From: an uncultured virus (IMG/VR IMGVR_UViG_3300021399_000124) | Lineage: Duplodnaviria > Heunggongvirae > Uroviricota > Caudoviricetes | Length of the DNA: 37,916 nucleotides | Reading direction: 5' to 3' (one strand) | Virus record (IMG/VR): IMGVR_UViG_3300021399_000124 | Shown here: in pieces, positions 9,901-18,900 of the stretch | Layout: each line of letters opens with the position of its first letter | Position numbering within the stretch: the first letter of the stretch is position 1 | Translations under genes and position numbers: made by a program | Notes under the pieces: generated by a model | Seen by the model: the letters and a program-made list of their open reading frames with translations, nothing else | Told to the model about the DNA's origin: nothing | Databases searched by the model: none

Positions 9901-12900
9901 CTGTATATGCAGGAAAAGTAATGACAGTAATCCCTTCAGAGTCTTTTTCAAAAGTACAAGTTGATGAATAAGTTGATTCAGCAAAGTCTTTCGTATTTCT
10001 AAGAAGATTCCTTCCACCAATCTCCATATTATCGAGGTTTTCTTGAACAGTATTGATAGCAGCATCCGTATCTTCTGGAGCAGGAGTCCAATCAGTGGCT
10101 TTGTTGCCTTTTTCCATCTTAAATCCGCATATCTCTATAACACCAATGTTTAAGTAGCACATTTGGAAATAAACTGCTTTATTTGCGCCTTGAGTCTCTG
10201 GAATGAATGTCCTGCTTATCCTTTGCCAGTTAGATGTTGGCGTAAAATACTTATGACTCACGTCCGTCCACGAGCTTCCGCTTTCAAGTCCAAGAGAGAA
10301 CCTGTTTGCATCTCCAGAAGCCAACCTTATATAGCACGACATAGTGTACGCCTGTCCTGTTTCAAACGTCAGCCTTGATGTGCTTTGCTGATAGAAGGTG
10401 AGGCCATGCAGTCTTTCTTCTGTTCTTTCTACTGTCGCAGAAAGCCTTACTCCGTATGTAATTCCAGCCACAGGAGCATCAGTTACCTCAAAAAACTCAG
10501 CCGTGCCATCTTCAGCAAGATTGCCTCCATTTGACCAGTATCTATCTGATTTTGCAGCTATCTTCGTTAGCGATGGAGCATTTGTGTCGATAAGCAAATT
10601 TCGCCCACCAATCTCAAGATTATCAAGATTCGTCTGGACAGCACTAGCCGCTCCTTTGGTGTCATAAGCCGCATCCAGAGATGCCTCGCTTAACCTGCCT
10701 CCAGAAGAAAAGATAGCCGCACCTTCAATGTTAACTTTATCGGCAGAGATTTTAATTCCTTTCGGCGCAACATTGATTAAAGAATCAATAATATGTTGCC
10801 CGCCCTGGGCAACCGTTGTGTCATTTTGTGTTGCTTTAATAAGAACGTTATTGGCAGTCTGTTGGATTGTTGTCTCAGCCGAAGAGATTCTTGCAGTAGT
10901 TCCGCCGTCCTGCATCAGCCAGTTTGAACCATTGTATACAAAGGTAATCGTTGCGCCAGCAACCCACTTATACTCGGCTTCACTAAGGTTTGCGCCAGTA
11001 TAAGACTTAATGGCTTTAGCGCCTTTACTATTAACATTAAGAGTAGGAGATGCGTTAGTGTTTGCATTAGTAAACTTAACAGTAACAGAAGCACCAGTAT
11101 ACAGTTCCCAATTAGAGGTCGTGGGAGTAATAGTGGCCGCCTTTGCCGCAGTGCCAGCCGCAGTTGATGACGTAGCATAGTGACCACTTATCTTTGCCTC
11201 TGTCTTTGTGACACGAGAAGAGATATTGTCAGTCGTCTGCTTAATCTCGGTTTTAGCAGTACCGATTTGTGTATCTGCATATCCTTTTGCGGCGGTTTCC
11301 GCATCACTAGCTTTCCCGTCAGCATAACTTTCCGTAGCAAAGTCACTATCATTTGTCAATTGAGATGTCTTTGTTGGTACGGAAGTTTTTGTCGCATAAG
11401 TCGTAGAAACAGAAGATGTAATCTCATTTGCTTTCGTTTCGATAGCTGAATTCATCTCTGTAGTAGTGGAATAGGACTTCAGCTTTTCTGTTGTATCGGC
11501 TTTAGCATTCGTCTCTGCGGTATTTGCATAACCTTGAGCCTCCGTCTTTGTGGCTCGAAGAGCAATGGCTGAATCGGTTTGTTCCATTTTTGTATTATAA
11601 GTAGTTTTAAATGAATCTAAAGATGAGTCATCTGTGTATTTACTAGCTTTAACCCAGTCAGATTCCGTATAACTGCCACTGGCTCTAGCAGTAGAACATC
11701 GCATAATATCGCCGGATTTTCCTTGTACCCATAAGTCTCCAATATCATAAGGAGTAGTTGGTTGCGCAACAAAAACCCTTCTTTTGGAATTAGCTGTAGT
11801 TTGAGCCTTGGCTGCATCAGCAAGAGCCTTTCGAGCATCAGTATCCTCAATTTCCGTCCAGAAGTATGTATTTTCTGTCAACTGCCAACGAAAAACATGA
11901 CCGGTAGTGGTGTTATAGTATAAATCTCCAAGATGAATATTTTTAAGGTCGGTTGTATTCCAATTTTTCGCAGGTTCATTGGATGTAGTTGGGTCTACGG
12001 TATAAAACCAAGTTTCAATTGCTCCATCGATTTGATCCTGCATAGTCTTTAGCACAGAATTGTTTGATGAGATATAATCGGCTAGATTATCACTTGTAGT
12101 CTTCAAAGAATCCTTTGTCGCATATGTGCTAGAGACACTTGTTGTGATTTCGGTAGCCTTTTGTGAAATTGCAGAATTACGGTCGATGACCTCCTGGCTC
12201 ATCTTTCCATCCGTATATTCTTTTGTTCTTGTTTCTGACGCATTTACTTTTGATGTTATTTCATCATCCAGAATATCAAGTGTAGCTTTTGATGAACGTG
12301 ATATTTTGACATCTGTCAATTCTCTAAATTCACCATCGTAAAATTCATATGCTGGATTATCTATAGACAAATAAAAACTGTATTTATTGTATGTAGTTCC
12401 AAGATAAATATATGTTTTGCCATCTGCTTCTGTTGGAGGCTCTTGAGTATACCATTCGGTCTCATCTACATAATATTTACCATCATCATGAATAGAACCA
12501 ACAAGATAAAGCGCTTTATTGGGTATTAATGTCTGCCCACAATTAAACGAATATCTAGCGTCTACAGATATTGCATCATAAATAGTTGATGTAATTTTGC
12601 CGGTTGTATAAGTAGAACTGCCAGCACTATACATAACTTTCCCAAGTAAAAATCCACCAGTATAAACTTCTTTGTTTGTGCCAGTACCTGTATATGCATT
12701 AATAAAACTTGACCAAGTATTATCACTATCACGCATAATAAGGCTATATGGAAATACACTATGCGCTCCAACAGTAACTGGTGCAACATATAATTGATTT
12801 GTTGTATTTCTGTCTCCCGTAACAGTATGTCCATTTGTAGTTCCATCAAATACACTGCAAGTATTATAGTTGGTCGAACCCGTTCCAGGCGCTTCAGAAT

Positions 12901-15900
12901 ACAAAAACATCGAATCAGCCATCTCAATTTCACAGTTCTTTGCCTCTGTAACCGTTATATGAAATGTTCTTGAATGCTCAGATTTTGCGTAATCATACGA
13001 ACTATACAGTCTTATACCAAGCAGATGTCTGTAACCATTATTAAAACCAGCCTCTTTCAATGAATATAAAAGATGGCTATATAAACTCCTATAATCAGAA
13101 CTTGTATGGCAATTATAAATATCATAATAATAATATCCTGTTCTTGCGCCCATAATAGTCACATCAAATTCGCCTGTTTGATAATTCGTCAAACCTTTGA
13201 TTGTTGCCGATATATGATATGTAACAGACCAAGGTTGATTAAATGATTCGGGACGCACATATCCAAAATATAATCTACCAGCCGTATCATTAGCAGCAGA
13301 AGCATATACGTCTGTATACGTTTTTTCTGCTACCGGAGCAATATACTCATTAAATGCTGTCTGTGTAGCCTCGGCAGTACTCTTAGCACTTTCTGCTGTT
13401 GACTTAACGGCATTGACTGCTGAATCATTTGTGGTTTTATAACTATTAAGATCAGATTGAGCATCATCTCCCGCCTTCTTAGCGGCGGCAACAGCTTCAT
13501 CATTAGAAGTCTTATAATTACCAAAAGTTGTTTGAGTAGTATAAGTTGACGAAACTTCCTGTTTAATACTGGATTCTGTCTGAGTAAGAGCAGATTTTGT
13601 AGCATATGTTTCTTCTACAGTCCCTTTATATTCATCAATAGATGCCTGCGCATCATCACCGGCTTTTTTAGCCTCCGCCACAGCACTGTCATTGGTTGTT
13701 TTGTAATCATTAAAATCACTCTTACTTGTATAATTCTTACTTACTGTAGAAGTGATTCCGCTTGCACTAAGTTCTATCGCCGCATTCATCTCTGTCGTAG
13801 TAGAGTATGACTTTAGCTTGTTGGTTGTGTCATCCTTGGCATTATTTTCAGCAGTCGTAGCGTAACCTTGTGCTTCGGTTTTAGTTGCCCTCAAACTGAT
13901 AGCTTCAGCATTCTGCGAGATACTCGTTTCTGCGTTCTTTAGCCTGGTAAGTTCAGAACTATCTTGGATGCGCCAGTTTGTACCGTCATACACAAATGAC
14001 ATGGTTGTTCCTGCATCCCACTTATATTCAGTTTCAGACAGATTCCCGCCACTATATGTCTTAATAGGCTTTGCACCTGTGCTATTAACATTCAAAGTAG
14101 GAGCAGATGCAGTATTAGCCGCAGTGAATTTGACTGTCATGACAGCACCATTGTATAACTCCCAACCAGTCACGGCAGGAACAATGGTTGCAACTTTAGC
14201 TGTTGTGCCAGCACCAGTAGAAGAGGTCGCATAATTGCCAACACTTCTTGTCTCTAACTTTGTGACTTTTGTTGTAATGCCCTCAGCTGTCTGACTTATC
14301 GCAGAATCCGTTTCGGTCTTTGTATAATAAGATTTCAGTTTATTCGTAGTATCATTTTTAGCATTTGTTTCAGCCGTTCCGGCAGCATCGTCCGCATAGT
14401 CTTTAGTCGCATAATTATCTGCATCACTCAAATCAGTTACACTTGTAGGAACGGAGTCTTTTGTGGCATAAGTGTTTGCGATTTCTGTCTTTGTTGCTCG
14501 AAGTGCAATCTGTTCGCTATTAGTAGAAATATTAGTCTCAGCTGTCGCAACCCGTCCTGCAAGAGCGGAGAGTTCTTTATCCTCAATCTCAACCCACTTA
14601 TAAGTAGTGCCATCGATTGCCCAACGATAACTCTTACCAGAATTAGTGTCAAAATAGATATCTCGAAGATGCATCTTTTTCAAATTATCTGTCGTCCAAT
14701 TCTTAGCAGGTTCGTTAGACGTAGTCGGCGCTGTAGCATAAAACCAAGTTTCGATTGCTTCAACTTCATCAAATATAGATTTCCCGCTTGCAAGTAAAAA
14801 TTCATCTGCCTTGATTTGAAGTTTCGATCCATTCCAAGAGATAGCATTGGAAGCAGAATCGAAGGTTGTCTTATCTCCATAATAGAACTTGCCATCTTTA
14901 AGGTTAATCCAGCCGTGGTCGCCTTGAAGATTATCCGCCGTGATTTCCCGTGCGGTTACTGTGCCAGTGATAATATTGCCACCATCGATAACGGTTGTCG
15001 TATCATCAATAAGAACATCAGAGCATGTGCAAGCATCGCCCGCCGCCTGTTGTGCCACTGTCTGTGTTTGAACTGCGGTATATAAATAAGGATATTTTGT
15101 ATCTCCATTAGTTAAAGGCGGGATACTTAAAGACCAATTATCATATCCAGTACCGGACGTTGTGAGCCAAGTGGTATTCTTGCTTGGCGCACCACTTGTT
15201 GTTTTGCGATAATAAATTCTTTGCTGTCTATTTATAGCATCTATTTTAGGAGCAGCGGCATTAGCTGTTGTAAGTGCATTTTGAATGTCAGTCTTATAAT
15301 CTTCATATACAGCAATGTTTGTAACCCATATTTGATCATCTGCCGAATTATTATTCCATAAAAAACCAACCTTACAATATGCAGTCCCAGGTGGAAACAT
15401 ACCCGTAACATTTTTACCACTATAATCAGTACCATCAAAATATCCAACATAATGAGTCCATTCCGCAGGAACTTTTTTATTAGCTATTCCAGAATATTTA
15501 TATGTAGCACCGGAATTACCTTGAGATACATATGTGCCAGCGGGTATTGTAACTCCTTTATATGCAGAAGCCAAAGATATTGTATTATTTTGTTTATCAA
15601 TAGAATTATCGTCAGTCCAAGCAGAAAAAATTGAATTTCTGCTATATGTTTCTGACGGATATTGATAACCAAACGAATTTGTATAATTCCAAAATGTCAA
15701 CGCTCTTTGATGAGAACCTGTTCCATATGTTTTATAATGTGAAACATTTGCCAAATGTATAACTGTATCGCCATCTTTTAAATCCTGTGTAAGAGTTGTC
15801 AACGTGTCAGGATACCACATTGTGCAACTAGCAGTAATACTTTTTTTATCGACATCAAAAAATATCAACATTGCGTACATTGTTGCAATATTATTTTCTG

Positions 15901-18900
15901 ATTTTAAATCAAACTCAAATCTATATCTCTTGCTAGGGTCTACTGGAAAATATTCATCAGATGCAATATTTGAGTAAGTTTTCTGTATACGTGTAAAAGA
16001 GCCGGGCGAACCATTTGATTGTGAACCATCAAAAATCCACTTACTAAAATTAGTATTATCTCCAGTCATTCCATTTCCGTTAGTAACCAATTGTTCACCA
16101 CGAGAAATAGTTTCCTTATTAATCTGCTCAACTGTTTCAGAAACATCTGTATCTGTTTGAAACTTTGAGTCATTTGTTAATTGTGATACTTTTGTGGGTA
16201 TAGCAGATTTTGCATTACTTTCAGCTTGACTAGCCGCTCCCTTTGTATCATAAGCTTCGTCTGTTTTATCCTTAATACTATTAAAAATAGCAGTGCCGTT
16301 TATCTCGACTTTATCAGCGGAGATTTTTGCGGTACTACCACCCTCAGTTTCAGTGCTAAGATTGATTGCAGCGATTACACCATCTTTAGAGACTTTAGCT
16401 TCAATATCCGTTGCATGTTGCGTAATCGTAGATTCAGCCGTGGAAACTCTTGAACCAAGACTATCTATGCTAGATTCAGAAGAGGAGACTCTGGATGTGA
16501 TGCCATCCATGTCGTATATCGTTTCTGCCATATACTGAGCCATGTTCGTGGTATTATCCGTATCAGGAACAATCTTTCCATGTTCGTCATAGATATAATT
16601 ACCTTGGGCATCCTTCTTAGGTTTATAAGTATATGTATTTTCCCAAACCGCCGAGCGGATAGACTGATTATCTCTGTCAACTATTTGGTCTACTCCCTGT
16701 TGGAAATCGGTAAGATTCGATTGTACGAGATCCGCAGCTTTCCAAGAAGTGTCACAATATTTATCAATATAAACAGTTGAACTTGGATTCTCATAAACAA
16801 CTTCTGTGCAATGCCATAAATAAGGTTTATTCTTTGACCAAATCAGAGCCTCACCAACAGTCGTCCATCCATGTTTATCGGAAACTTCCGGGAATGTAAT
16901 CTTACTTGCATCATCTGTATCGGAAAGCAAAAAGTATTCAGTGATGCTTACAATACCCCGTCCATTATCACCAGTAGATCCCTTTTCTCCAACTTTTCCC
17001 CCGACAGTATAAGTAACGGCTGTACTTCCATCACTAAATGTTGTAGTAGTCCTTGTCCACGCATATTGTGTAGTAGTAGGGGCTTGTGGGGTTGTTTCCC
17101 AAGTGCCGGTCGGAATCACTGTGCCAGAAGTAGAAAGTTTATAAGCATACTCAGTCTTCGTAACAGTCACAGATGTTCCTCTAACACCCTGTTTTGCCAC
17201 AGAATAAGATGTTTTACCATCACTATAAGTAACTCTAGTCCACAGATAATTACCCTCGGAAACAGCGACGGGAGTTGTACTCCATGAACCTGTCGGAACT
17301 GTCGTAGGGCTTGTTCCTTCCTTATATTCTGTGCTTGTTACAGTAACAGATGTGCCTGGAGTTCCATGAGTACCAATCACTCGTTTCTTTGTATCTTCTG
17401 ATGTATCGTCTGTATAATATATTGTTTCATAATTCCAAAGATATTTATTTGTTATATCCGTTGCAACTGGATTATTAGACCATGTAGTCGGAGCGGTTGT
17501 GTTAGATGAAGAAACTTGATAATGTTCTACGATTCCAGTAATACCTCTGCCTGCCTCTGCGGGTTCTCCATCTTTACCATACCGTCCAATAATCACAGGT
17601 GTCGTTGAAGAAATAGTTGTATTGTTTGAACCTTTAACTTCTTCGTAGTTCCAAAGATACTGATTTGTTTCATCTATACTTTGAATTGTAGTTGTCCACC
17701 CAGTAGTATTCTTTGTTACACCACTCGAAGCGGAAGTTGCAAGGTAGTAATTGACTACACTGGTAATAGACACGCCATCATTACCATCCTCACCCTTGAT
17801 AAGATTCCAAGTGTAATCTTGATAACGAGTCGAATCCGTCTTTACTTCATCCACACGAATGCCAATATATTTAGCACCGGCAAATGATGATGTCGAAAAG
17901 TCTTCAGAACCATCCGCAGAATTAGCATAAGCAAAATGGGTATAAGAACTCTTACCGTTTGTACCATCTTTACCAGGAGTTCCGTCTTTACCATCCTCGC
18001 CAAGCCATTTACTCCAAGCATAGGAAGAAGCCGTGGTTGGATCATTTACATTGCTATCATGACAAATACCAATATAATCTGAAGGAGTTTCAGTCATGTC
18101 GGAATCTGTAGGATTAGCAACAGCAGAGTATTTAATATGAACATATGTGGAAGTCCCGTCTTTGCCGTTAGTTCCCGGCTGTCCGTCTTTACCGTTTATT
18201 CCATCGATTCCCTGTCTCGCAACACTATAAGATGTAGTGCTTGTATTATCGGAATAGTTAACAACAGTCTTTGTCCAAAGGTATTGTTTCTCCGTTGTAG
18301 TTGCAGGAATAGCGTTCTTCCATTCACTCTGCGCAGGAGTGTTTACTCCATCTGCACTGATTGCATATTGCACAGACGTTGAAGTAATCTCAACGGACGT
18401 TCCATCCTCACCTTTAATCAAAGACCATTCATAATCAGTATAATCGGTAGAATCCTCTAAGATATCATCCACAAGAATACCGATATAAAGCGCACCATCG
18501 AAAGAAGATGGTGAAAAATCCTGCGATCCATCCGAAGAAGTCGAATATGCAAAATGGATATAGGAATTTGTACCATCTTCACCTTTAGCGCCTGGTTGAC
18601 CGTTTTTTCCATCATGTCCTTGCCACTTGCTCCAAGTGTAAGAGGATGCCGTGGTCGGGTCTGCAAGATTACTGTCGTGACAGATGCCGATATAATCAGA
18701 AGGTGTCTCTGTTAAATCCGCATCCGTAGGGTTTGCCACATCTGAGTATTTGATATGGACATAGGTGGATGTACCGTCTTTACCGTCTTTACCCGGCTTA
18801 CCGTCCTGTCCATTGATACCGTCAATTCCCTGTCTGGAAACGCTATAAGAAGTCGTTTTATTATTATCAGAATATGTAACAATTGTTCTCGTCCACAAAT

